From positions 2,756,343-2,820,342 of the forward strand of contig NC_057720.1 in the NCBI RefSeq assembly GCF_004010195.1: DNA of 64,000 bases, given 5' to 3'. Shown here in pieces: positions 55,301 through 62,863 of the stretch (position 1 is the first letter of the stretch; each line of letters opens with the position of its first letter). The stretch is from Chiloscyllium plagiosum. Taxonomy: Eukaryota. The position numbers were made by a program, and so were the translations under genes. The notes under the pieces are model-generated. The model was not told the DNA's origin. It was given only the letters and a program-made list of their open reading frames with translations, and made no database searches.

Positions 55301-58300
55301 GTGTGTATATACCACATGTTTGTGCGTGTGTGTGTATACGTGTGTGTATACATGTGTGTGTATATATATGTGTGTGTGTATACGTGTGTGTATATATGTG
55401 TGTATGTGTGTGTATACATATGTGTGTGTATACGTGTGTGTGTATACGTGTGTGTGTGCATATACATGTGTGTGTGTATACGTGTGTGTGTGTATACGTG
55501 TGTGTGTGCATATACATGTGTGTGTGTGTGTGTGTGTAACTGTTTAGGGAGCTCCAGGTGACAGAGGACCATTAGGACCCCAGGGAGCAAAGGGACAACA
55601 GGTAAGGCCTGGAGGAGGTTTCTGTGGGTCATCAGGGTAGGGGTCACCTCTCAAACGTAGGAGCAACATCTGACTCTTCCTGAAATTCCTACTCGATAAG
55701 TAGATCAAATACAACAGATCTATAATCTAGGCATTTCTTGGCATGTCTCCTTTAAAGTTATTGCAAGAAAGATTTGCATTTGTATAGCACCTGGCCCAGC
55801 AATAGAACATTCCTAAATAAATGACAACAAATAAAAAGACTGTTGAAGTTTAGTCCCTGGTATGCAAATGGAGTGACCAATAAGAGGCACAGCAAGCTTT
55901 GACAAAAAAGCAACATGACTATCAACAGATCATTTGTTTGAGGATATTGTCAAAACTAAAGGGAAAACTCCCTTGGTCTTCTTTAAAATATCATGGCAGG
56001 ATCTTTCACACCCAGTACTGACCCTCCAACAGTGCAGCACTCCCTCAGCACTGACTCCCTAAACAGTGTGGCACTCCCTCAGTACTGACCCTCCAACAGT
56101 GCAGTACTCCCTCAGTACTGACCCTCCATCAGTGCTGTACTCCCTCAGGGTAAAAACAATGACTGCAGATGCTGGAAACCAGATTCTGGATCAGTGGTGC
56201 TGGAAGAGCACAGCAATTCAGGCAGCATCCAACCAGCAGCGAAATCGACGTTTCGGGCTTTTGTCCGAAACGTCGATTTCGCTGCTGGTTGGATGCTGCC
56301 TGAATTGCTGTGCTCTTCCAGCACCACTGATCCAGAATCTGTACTCCCTCAGTACTGACCCTCCAACAGTGCTGTACTCCCTCAGTACTGACCCTCCATC
56401 AGTGCGGCACTCCCTCAGTACTGACATCCAACAGTGCTGTACTCCCTCAGCACTGACCCTCCAACAGTGCTGTACTCCCTCAGCACTGACCCTCCATCAG
56501 TGCTGTACTCCCTCAGTACTGACCCTCTGACAGTGCTTACTCCCTCAGTACTGACCCTCCATCAGTGCGGCACTCCCTCAGCACTGGCCCTGAGCCAGTG
56601 TGTGTGTGTGTGTAACTGTTTAGGGAGCTCCAGGTGACAGAGGACCATTAGGACCCCAGACTCCCTCAGTACTGACCCTCCGACAGTGCTGTACTCCCTC
56701 AGCACTGACCCTCCAACAGTGCGGCACTCCCTCAGTACTGACCCTCCATCAGTGCGGCTCTCCCTCAGCACTGACCCTCCAACAGTGCTGTACTCCCTCA
56801 GTACTGACCCTCCAACAGTGCTTACTCCCTCAGCACTGACCCTCCAACAGTGCTTACTCCCTCAGCACTGACCCTCCGACAGTGCTGTACTCCCTCAGTA
56901 CTGACCCTCCGACAGTGTGGCACTCTCTCAATCAACAATTTGCTACCTGTCAAAATGAGACATTTAAGGTTGAAATTGGGACAGATGTGAATAGATATAA
57001 TATACATGTCTATTGGCTAGAGTTGAAAGTGTTTGTTTGCAATCCGCAATATGAACTTGCTACAGTTTTTAGATTAAGTAATTAATGTGCAAATCGAGCA
57101 AGGATTGAAAGTTAACAAGTACTCGTAAGAGCAACAGGTTGTACATGTAAAGCTAGTGGCTTAAATAGGCCAGTATGACCCTCTTGTGGTGCAGTTGCAG
57201 TGTCCCTACACCTAGACCAGGAGGCCTGGGATCAAGTCCCATCTGCTCCAGGGATGTGTAATGACATCACTGCACAGGTTGATCGGGAAAAATAGGTTAA
57301 GTGACAAAAGAATGAGCTAGCAAATTCTGGAATTTAGAATGTCAATGTTGTTTTATTGTTGAACAAAGACCAAAGAACATTCCAGCACAGGAACAGGCCC
57401 TTCGGCCTTCCAAGCCTGTGCTGAACCAGATCCTTGATCTAAACTTGTCAACTATTTTCCAAGGGTCTGTATCCCTCTACTCCCTGCCCATTCATGTATC
57501 TGTCTGAGATACATCTTAGAACATAGAACATAGAAAAATACAGCGCAGTACAGGCCCTTCGGCCCTCGATGTTGCGCCGATCCAAGCCCACCTAACCTAC
57601 ACTAGCCCACTATCCTCCATATCTTAAATGATGCTATTGTGCTCACCTCTACCACCTCTGCTGGCTACGCATTCCAGGAACCCATCAACCTCTGCATAAA
57701 GAACTTGCCACGCGTATCTCCCCTAAACCTTTCCCCTCTCACCTTGAACTCATGACCCCTAGTAATTGAGACCCTCACGCTGGGAAAACGTTTCTTGCTA
57801 TCCATCCTGTCTACACCTCTCATGATTTTGTAGACCTCAATTAGGTCCCTCCCCAAACCCCCTTCTTTCTAGTGAAAATAATCCCAACCTATTCAGCCTC
57901 TCCTCATAGTTAACGCCCTCCATACCAGGCAACATCCTGGTGAACCTCCTCTGCACTGTCTCCAAAGCATCCACATCCTTTTGGTAATGTGGTGACCAGA
58001 ACTGTCGAATTGAGTAAGCACATTGTTGAATTAAGTGCCTAGAAATTTCTGAAGAGATGCTGCTGGAACAAGAGGTAACAGGTGAATCCTGTATTTGTAA
58101 ATATGCCTATTATTAGGAAAAGGATTTCATAGATCACTACGTGACTTGGAATCAAATTAACACCTACATTCAGGAACCAATTTGTGTATTAACAATTGCA
58201 AATTTGCCTTTGCAGCAGGATTTTCTTAAGCTAGTCCATTCTGTTCTAACGTCTGCTGTGCATATTTGTGATTGCAGAAGTTATAATCTCTAACATATTT

Positions 58301-58368
58301 GAAAATTTATCCTTGTTCCACAGGGGGACGAAGGCCCACTGGGACCTCCAGGAAGTCATGGACCACTG
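10264..58368 (+). CDS. COL24A1: Partial multi-exon fibrillar collagen gene (clade C, collagen XXIV alpha-1-like), 10 triple-helix exons in the window
   Basis: Ten AG/GT-bounded 45/54-bp exons, all phase 0 and starting with a Gly codon, splice to [171 protein letters not shown]. Motifs GLxGGxGx[25 protein letters not shown] and GPPGPEGFPGDIG resemble COL24A1 as I recall it; paralogue COL27A1 is the alternative. The collagen call is near certain, the paralogue call less so. Confidence 0.82.
10850..11018. mobile_element. PLE-derived fold-back element
   Basis: ~73-bp inverted arms caaagtcagaagtcac...ggagcgctg / cagcgctcc...gtgacttctgactttg. Confidence 0.8.
11793..11837 (+). CDS. COL24A1: Collagen exon B (45 bp) [15 protein letters not shown]
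   Basis: tacttgcag acceptor, gtaagt donor, 5 Gly-X-Y triplets. Confidence 0.95.
12185..12425 (-). mobile_element. Second tRNA-derived SINE family (tail shared with the adjacent LINE)
   Basis: Same family as 16355-16690, 29095-29420, 46220-46550, 54165-54465, 61505-61885 and 63670-63990. Confidence 0.7.
12545..12666 (-). mobile_element. PLE 3' end nested in the LINE
   Basis: Reverse complement of the 20378-20500 family; core CTGATGA-aggagcagcgctcc-AAAAGCTT. Confidence 0.72.
13218..13885 (-). repeat. 39-bp tandem repeat (~9 units, [13 protein letters not shown]) inside the LINE ORF, split by a SINE
   Basis: Unit ggtaacccccaggatgttgatagtgggggattcagtgat repeated on both sides of 13347-13662. 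Confidence 0.9.
13347..13662 (+). mobile_element. HE1-like tRNA-derived SINE, full length
   Basis: ggcggcacagtggctcagtggttagc (A box), ggttcgattcc (B box), CR1-like tail gggcctgtttccacactgtagggaatctaatct. Confidence 0.85.
15945..16690. mobile_element. Two tail-to-tail copies of the second SINE family (+ 15945-16310, - 16355-16690)
   Basis: ctggttcactaatg...gtgactccagacccacagcaatg on + and its reverse complement on -. Confidence 0.7.
16910..17120. mobile_element. PLE-derived fold-back element (third family)
   Basis: gctggagaaactcagcag / ctgttgagttcttccagc arms; minus strand carries CTGAAGA-agggccactggactc. Confidence 0.7.
17860..18217 (+). mobile_element. Old DeuSINE-like (AmnSINE1/SacSINE1-type) copy
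   Basis: ctgagggaatactgc Deu-like core and aaggtgatatataaatgc tail; highly diverged. Confidence 0.55.
18220..18615 (+). mobile_element. LINE 3' end (same family as 12435-14205)
   Basis: [14 protein letters not shown]...[16 protein letters not shown] fragment. Confidence 0.8.
20321..20500 (+). mobile_element. PLE 3' end with an intact minimal hammerhead and a short 5' inversion
   Basis: Interrupts CR1 between tgagggga and tgaggaga; its 5' piece ctagcttttggaacgctgct is the inverse of agcagcgctccgaaagctag. Confidence 0.8.
20378..20412 (+). ncRNA. Minimal type I hammerhead ribozyme motif
   Basis: cac-CTGATGA-a-ggagc(agc)gctcc-GAAA-GC-TA-gtg: full core, 5-bp stem II, palindromic AGCT stem III, 3-bp stem I. 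Confidence 0.72.
21555..22279 (+). mobile_element. CR1-type LINE fragment (RT)
   Basis: [20 protein letters not shown]. Confidence 0.85.
22541..23965 (+). mobile_element. CR1-type LINE 3' half with a nested HE1-like SINE (22734-23037, minus)
   Basis: [19 protein letters not shown], 3' UTR ending ~55 bp before exon C. Confidence 0.85.
24021..24074 (+). CDS. COL24A1: Collagen exon C (54 bp) [18 protein letters not shown]
   Basis: ttgttcttacag acceptor, CAG|gtacac donor; visible inside ORF 23931..24158. Confidence 0.95.
24200..24244 (+). CDS. COL24A1: Collagen exon D (45 bp) [15 protein letters not shown]
   Basis: ttctctacag acceptor, AAG|gtgatc donor; follows a 125-bp intron. Confidence 0.95.
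24775..24810 (+). ncRNA. Minimal type I hammerhead ribozyme motif
   Basis: attc-CTGAAGA-a-gggc(ctgt)gccc-GAAA-CG-TC-gaat: full core, GUC cleavage triplet, palindromic ACGT stem III, 4-bp stem I. Confidence 0.75.
24777..24868 (+). mobile_element. 92-bp PLE mini-insertion starting at the hammerhead core
   Basis: Exact 14-bp TSD aaagctgaaggaat (24763-24776, 24869-24882). Confidence 0.85.
27680..27733 (+). CDS. COL24A1: Collagen exon E (54 bp) [18 protein letters not shown]
   Basis: (ct)n tract then gtctag acceptor, gtaagt donor. Confidence 0.94.
28368..28470 (+). mobile_element. Short (~105 bp) tRNA-like SINE
   Basis: B-box-like gggttcaagtctcacctgctccag...taacatctctgaacag; copies at 57185-57295, 60940-61035, 61070-61172 and 61280-61455. 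Confidence 0.65.
29095..29420 (+). mobile_element. Second tRNA-derived SINE family, near full length
   Basis: gggttcaaa B-box-like motif; tail gggcaattagggatgggcaataaatgctgg. Confidence 0.72.
29420..30780 (+). mobile_element. LINE RT/3' region (CR1/L2-group) with an internal deletion and six 39-bp repeat units (29908-30141)
   Basis: [15 protein letters not shown]...[16 protein letters not shown] motifs; ORF 29896..30384. Confidence 0.82.
30990..33280. mobile_element. Cluster of nested CR1 3' fragments in both orientations spanning an assembly gap
   Basis: Several [11 protein letters not shown] / [14 protein letters not shown] copies; minus-strand tail inserted at ~31736-31937. Confidence 0.85.
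32387..32739. other. Assembly gap (N run)
   Basis: Run of n. Confidence 1.
33968..34021 (+). CDS. COL24A1: Collagen exon F (54 bp) [18 protein letters not shown]
   Basis: cttttctttaag acceptor, CAG|gtactg donor. Confidence 0.95.
34880..36620 (+). mobile_element. CR1-type LINE 3' half with a nested HE1-like SINE (~34990-35340, minus) and a MITE
   Basis: [22 protein letters not shown] motifs; 3' UTR gggcctgttcctgcgctgta. Confidence 0.85.
35524..35705. mobile_element. Tc1/mariner (Tigger/pogo-like) MITE nested in CR1
   Basis: TA on both sides; imperfect TIRs caggtttttctgctaaaatgtg / cacatgtttttgcagaacgctctg; CR1 sequence resumes after removal. Confidence 0.7.
36727..36780 (+). CDS. COL24A1: Collagen exon G (54 bp) [18 protein letters not shown]
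   Basis: long T tract plus cctcag acceptor, GAG|gttaga donor. Confidence 0.95.
36972..37465. mobile_element. Two adjacent PLE-derived fold-back elements (36972-37169 and 37256-37465)
   Basis: Each has ~65-70-bp inverted arms converging on ggagcactgctcc / ggagcgctgc, with the right arm extending into the PLE 3' end. Confidence 0.8.
37982..38075 (+). mobile_element. 94-bp PLE mini-insertion starting at the hammerhead core
   Basis: Exact 16-bp TSD ctaacttactgaccag (37966-37981, 38076-38091); core CTGAAGA...GAGA-CGTC has one substitution. Confidence 0.85.
39075..39880 (-). mobile_element. CR1 3' end with a nested HE1-like SINE (39326-39615)
   Basis: ORF 39438..39965 is a CR1/SINE chimera. Confidence 0.85.
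40282..40536 (+). mobile_element. Solo LTR inserted in a LINE 3' end
   Basis: TG...CA ends with inverted termini tgttataac/gttatgaca, 5-bp TSD gaaat/gaact, TATAAAA 40394-40400, AATAAA 40492-40497. Confidence 0.75.
41808..42007 (+). mobile_element. PLE 3' end with hammerhead core (41917-41944)
   Basis: Near-identical to 62-260; CTGATGA-a-gggc(tttt)gccc-GAAA-CATC. Confidence 0.78.
42008..43780 (-). mobile_element. Three separate minus-strand CR1 fragments (42008-42290, 42885-43395, 43500-43780)
   Basis: ORFs 41896..42177 and 42888..43397 match CR1 ORF2 C-terminal motifs. Confidence 0.8.
43915..44200. mobile_element. PLE-derived fold-back element (third family) nested in a SINE
   Basis: cagaaatggctggagaaactcagca / tgctgagtttctccagcaatttctg arms. 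Confidence 0.7.
46902..50092 (+). mobile_element. Long CR1 LINE: ORF1 C-terminus (esterase-like), APE endonuclease, RT and 3' UTR with (ctattgt)n tail
   Basis: WLGNWC...[20 protein letters not shown]...[51 protein letters not shown]; several stops; contains a gap and a 41-bp tandem duplication at 49566-49647. Confidence 0.93.
48258..48548. other. Assembly gap (N run)
   Basis: Run of n within the CR1 copy. Confidence 1.
50525..50960 (+). mobile_element. tRNA-like SINE interrupted by a PLE fold-back element (50648-50847)
   Basis: gggttcaattccc B-box-like motif; inverted arms gtcaaaaatcac / gtgatttttgac. Confidence 0.6.
52240..52442. mobile_element. PLE-derived fold-back element with a minus-strand hammerhead core (52335-52306)
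   Basis: Minus strand reads CTGAGGA-a-gggt(cactca)acct-GAAA-CG-TT. Confidence 0.7.
52714..52767 (+). CDS. COL24A1: Collagen exon H (54 bp) [18 protein letters not shown]
   Basis: ctgtcttttccag acceptor, AAG|gtacgt donor; follows a 15.9-kb intron. Confidence 0.95.
53497..53816 (-). mobile_element. HE1-like SINE
   Basis: Reverse complement of the 13347-13662 family. Confidence 0.8.
54866..55537. repeat. Compound (TG)n/(TA)n microsatellite with higher-order units
   Basis: Recurring gtgtgtatataccacatgtttgtgt and gtgtgtacccgcat blocks; ends 10 nt before exon I. Confidence 0.97.
55548..55601 (+). CDS. COL24A1: Collagen exon I (54 bp) [18 protein letters not shown]
   Basis: (tg)n-taactgtttag acceptor, CAG|gtaagg donor. 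Confidence 0.94.
55765..56050 (-). mobile_element. DeuSINE-like remnant that runs into the minisatellite
   Basis: aagaaagatttgcatttgtatagcacc tail; gggaaaactccct...ggatctttcaca...accctccaacagtgcagcactccctcag core. Confidence 0.6.
56149..56340 (-). mobile_element. Young PLE 3' end with a perfect 76-bp fold-back
   Basis: Arms 56181-56256 and 56265-56340 are exact reverse complements; gtactccctcag duplicated on both sides. Confidence 0.88.
56598..56659 (+). pseudogene. Partial duplicate of collagen exon I (acceptor plus first 36 nt) inside a minisatellite
   Basis: 62 nt identical to 55522-55583; the native donor is absent. Confidence 0.9.
57362..58005 (-). mobile_element. CR1 3' end with a younger CR1 tail nested at ~57517-57620
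   Basis: [12 protein letters not shown]...; nested (agaacat)n tail with intact CpGs. Confidence 0.82.
58324..58368 (+). CDS. COL24A1: Collagen exon J (45 bp) [15 protein letters not shown]
   Basis: ccttgttccacag acceptor, gtaaga donor. Confidence 0.95.
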
Positions 58369-58924
58369 GTAAGATTCAAACCTTACAATTGCAATATTTC
58401 TCCAAAACAGTGAGCTAATGCCTCACAGCATCACTCTGTGACAACGCCTGCCCCTGAGACCCAGTTTAGCATCCTGTGTTATAAATCCCCTGGTTAAAAC
58501 CTCTCTCAGGAAAAATACATCACATTCTGCCCCATTGAACCAATTGTTTTTGCATTGGATTCATGTGCAATCAATCACATGTAAAAAGGCCCATTTCCTT
58601 TTAGGATTTTTCCTTTTACATTTAGCAGGAAACCCACTTAATGAATCAGAGACGTACAGAATGTTCATTGAAGTTTGCATCTTCCTGAAACATGTGCCAG
58701 GAGAATTTAGCTGCAATGAATTTTCAGAAGCAAAAGGCATGGAGAGGGGTTTAAAGTGCTCTTACTTGGTGAATGTTTTGCCCTGGGTTGACATTATTGT
58801 CAAGATTTCCATGCTGTACCTGATCTATATGCATGGAGCACATTTGCCAGGTTTTCCACAGGACTGGCATGCAGTAAATGGTGCCAAGACAATCAGCCAA
58901 CTTAAACCTGAGTGCACGATATCA

Positions 58925-60805
58925 ACATAAGACCATAAGACATAGGAGTGGAAGTAAGGCCATTCGGCCCATCGAGTCCACTCCGCCATTCAATCATGGC
59001 TGATGCGCATTTCAGCTCCACTTACCAGCGTTCTCCCCGTAGCCCTTAATTCCTCTAGACAACAAGAATCTATCAATCTCGGCCTTGAAGACATTTAGCG
59101 TCCCGGCTTCCACTGCACTCCGTGGCAACTCCAACGGATACAATCCCAGTATCCTCAGCCGTTCTTCATATGTTAGACCTGTCATTCCAGGGATCATCCG
59201 TGTGAATCTCCGCTGGGCACGTTCCAGTGCCAGTATGTCCTTCCTGAGGTGTGGGGACCAAAACTGGACATAGTACTCCAAATGGGGCCTAACCAGAGCT
59301 TTATAATGTCTTAGTGGTACATCTCTGCTTTTATATTCCAACCCTCTTGAGATAAGAGACAACATTGCATTCGCTTTCTTAATCACGGGCTCAACCTGCA
59401 TGTTTACCTTTAGAGAATCCTGGACTAGCACTCCCAGATCCCTTTGTGCTTTTGCTTTATTAATTTTCTCACCATTTAGAAAGTAGTCTATGCTTTTATT
59501 CTTTTTGCCAAAGTGCAAGACCTCGCACTTGCTCACGTTAAATTCCATCAGCCATTTCCTGGACCACTCTCCCAACCTGTCTAGATCTTTCTGTAGCCTC
59601 CCCACTTCCTCAGTACTACCTGCCTGTCCACCTAACTTCGTATCATCGGCGAACTTCGCTAGAATGCCTCCGGTTCCCTCATCCAAATCATTAATATATA
59701 TTGCGAACAGCTGTGGCCCCAGCACCGGACCCTGCGGGACACCGCTCGTCACTGGCTGCCATTCTGAAAAAGAACCTTTTATCCCAACTCTTTGCCTTCT
59801 ATTAGCCAGCCAATCCTCAATCCATCCCAGCAGCTCACCTCGAACACCATGGGCCCTCACCTTGCTCAGCAGCCTCCCGTGTGGCACCTTATCAAAGGCC
59901 TTTTGGAAGTCTAGGTAGATAATATCCACTGGGTTTCCCTGGTCTAACCTACTTGTTACCTCTTCAAAAAATTCCAACAGGTTTGTTAGGCATGACCTCC
60001 CTTTACTAACTCCATGTTGACTTGTTCTAATCAGACTCTGCTCTTCCAAGAATTTAGAAACCTCATCCTTAATGATGGATTCTAGAATTTTACCAACAAC
60101 CGAGGTTAAGCTGATTGGCCTATAATTTTCCATCTTTTGCCTTGATCCTTTCTTGAACAAGGGGGTTACAACAGCCATCTTCCAATCATCCGGGACCTTT
60201 CCTGACTCCAGTGACTCTTGAAAGATCTCAACCAATGCCTCTGCTATTTCCTCAGCCACCTCTCTCAGAACTCTAGGGTGTATCCCATCGGGGCCAGGAG
60301 ATTTATCAATTTTAAGACTTTTTACCTTTTCTAGCACTATCTCTTTCGTAATGGCAACCATACTCAACTCAGCCCCGTGACACCCTTTAATTTTTGGGAT
60401 ATTACTCATGTCTTCCACTGTGAAGACTGACGCAAAGTACTCGTTAAGTTCTCCTGCTATTTCCTTATCTCCCATCACTAGGCTTCCTGCATCAGTTTGA
60501 AGTGGCCCAATGTCTACTTTTGCCTGTCGTTTGTTTCTTATGTACTGAAAGAAACTTTTACTATTATTTCTAATATTACTGGCTAGCCTACCTTCATATT
60601 TGATCCTCTCCTTTCTTATTACACTCTTTGTTATCCTCTGTTTGCTTTTGTATCCTTCCCAATCTTCTGATTTCCCACTGTTCTTAGCCACTTTATAGGA
60701 TCTCTCTTTTTCTTTAATACATTTCCTGACTTCCTTTGTCAGCCAAGGTTGTCTAATCCCTCCCCGGTTAATCTTTCTTTTCTTGGGAATGAACCTCTGT
60801 ACAGT
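58925..60805 (-). mobile_element. Young 5'-truncated CR1 LINE with an uninterrupted RT reading frame
   Basis: ORF 59012..60829 (605 aa): [39 protein letters not shown]; (tcttatg)n-type tail. Confidence 0.95.
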
Positions 60806-61504
60806 GAGACTCCCAGTGAAACATGACATTCTGCTTCATTGGGAACAAAAACTAAGATGTCAGCTTTAATTGACATGCAATTGGACGGCAGAATTGCATA
60901 TCCTTCCTTTATTTTCAACCTCCTGTTAGGACTTGTTGTGGCACAGGCATAGTGCCCAGGACCAGACCGACTTGGGTTCAAGTCTCACCTGCTCCACTGG
61001 GGTATAAAAACATTTCTGAACAGGTTGGTTTGGAAAATAGGTTAAATAAGTAAAAATGTTTGTTAGGGGGCCCTCTTGTGGTAGTTGTCCCAACCCCGAA
61101 CCAAGAGACCGGAGTTTAAGTCTCACCTGTTCCAGAGGTGTGTAATGACACCTCTGAACAGTTAGGAAAATAAGTGAAATGAATTTTTTTTTAAACAATA
61201 TGTTAACATCTCGTTCAGAAAAACACCTCTCATTCATGAGGACCCCTTAATATACAATATCCTGTTTATTAGGGCAATTGTAGGGCAGCAATACTGTCCA
61301 AACCTCTGAGCCAGGAGTCCCAGCATCTAGGCTGCAGAGAAACACTGAAACTAGGAGCAGGAATAGGCCATTTGGCCCATTGAGTTGCTCTGCTGTTCAC
61401 ATCTCACCTCCTCCACAGGGCTGTAATAACATCACTGAACAGGCTGGTAAGAAATATCGACTGTCTTTCATTTTGAGGATGCCAAAGTTGTAGAATTTGG
61501 ATGA

Positions 61505-62255
61505 AGGGGAGACGATGGCCTTGTGGTGTTATCTCTAGAATATTCATCCAGAAACTCAGCTCAGCTTCTGGGGATCCGGATTTGAAACCCAACACGGCAG
61601 GTGGTGGAATTTGATTTCCATAAACACTCTCTGGACTAAGAATCTACTGACAACCAAAAAACCATTGCCGATGGTTGGAAAAACCCATCTGGTTCATCGA
61701 TCTCCTTCAGGGAAAGGAACCTGCCATCCTTACCTGGTCTGGCCTAGACAGGAGTCCAGACCCACAGCAATGTGATTGACTCTCACCTGCCCTCAGAAAG
61801 GGCCCAGCAAACTGCTTGGTTCGAGGGCAGTTAGGGATGGACAATAAATGCTGGCCAGCCAGGGCCACCCATGTCCCATGAGTAAATCATAAAGAATCAT
61901 AGAATCCCTACAGTGTGGAAGCAAGCTGTTCAGACCAACAAGTCCACACTGACCCTCCAAAGAGCATCCCACCCAGATCCTTACCTCTACTCTATCCCTG
62001 CAACCCTGCACCTCCCTGGGCTAACCCACCTAGCCTGCATATCCCTGGACACTATGGACAATTTCCCAATGATCAATCCAGCTAACCTGCACATCTTTGG
62101 ACTGTGGGAGGGAACCGGTGCACCCAGAGGAAATCCACGCAAACACGGAGAGAATGTGCAAACTCCAAACAGACAGTCACTCGAGGGTGGGATCGAACCC
62201 GGGTCCCTGATGCTGTGAGGCTGCAGTGCTAACCCTTGAGCCACCATGCTGCCCA
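61505..62255. mobile_element. Second-family SINE (+, 61505-61885) abutting an HE1-like SINE (-, 61895-62255)
   Basis: Family diagnostic motifs as in the other copies. Confidence 0.75.
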
Positions 62256-62656
62256 TAATAACAAAAAAAAATTAAATTACCAGAAAGAAATAAAAATTAA
62301 TGGGAGTTTGTCACATTCTTAAGACCATGAGAGCAACCCATCATGTCTGCTCCACTATTCAGTAAGATCCTGGCTGATCTGATCATCCACAACTCCACTT
62401 CCCTTTTTTTCCCCATCTTTTGATTATGTTCTACTTGCCCATGTGTAAGTGAGTACATATAGATCCGACATTTGTTCATCACAAGGATTAAAGGGATGTT
62501 AGAATGAGCAGACGATCAGGTGGAGTTAGGTGGAATCAGTGTTCCTGTGGTACATAAACCCTGGCTCAGGTCAGTTTGGTGAATGGCCTGTGATACAGGA
62601 AGTTGAAGGGAAGGGGCTGTTGGCCATGGTTTAGGGAGTTGAAAGGAAGTGATATA

Positions 62657-62863
62657 CAGAGGAACCTAGATTATCCGAATGACACGGGCAGGAAGTATTT
62701 TGTTCGGATAATCAAATGTTCCAATAATCAAACGTTCCGATAATTGAATGTCCAATAATCGAACGTTCGGATAACGCAGTTAGTCAAGCATCGGGACCTT
62801 GTGATCTTGTTTGGATCATCCGAAATTTGGGTAATCGGTGTTCGGATGATCAAAGTTCCTCTG
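62657..62863. mobile_element. Tigger/pogo-like MITE
   Basis: TA on both sides; TIRs cagaggaacctagattatccgaa / ttcggatgatcaaagttcctctg; internal repeats of gttcggataatc. Confidence 0.8.

Larger units (their letters stand above)
56013..56926. repeat. 33-bp minisatellite (~20 units) with two embedded inserts
   Basis: Unit actccctcagtactgaccctccaacagtgctgt. Confidence 0.95.

Noticed and set aside
54794..55647. Long His/Thr- and Cys/Val-rich ORFs in several frames
   Set aside because: Translation artefacts of the TG/TA microsatellite.
56013..56926. CRISPR-like array of 33-bp repeats with inserted pieces
   Set aside because: Units are directly adjacent with no regular unique spacers, there are no cas genes and the context is a vertebrate intron; it is a minisatellite.
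10264..58368. Calling the gene COL27A1, COL5 or COL11
   Set aside because: Exons B, C, E and F fit COL24A1 better as I recall it; COL27A1 is disfavoured but not excluded without an alignment.
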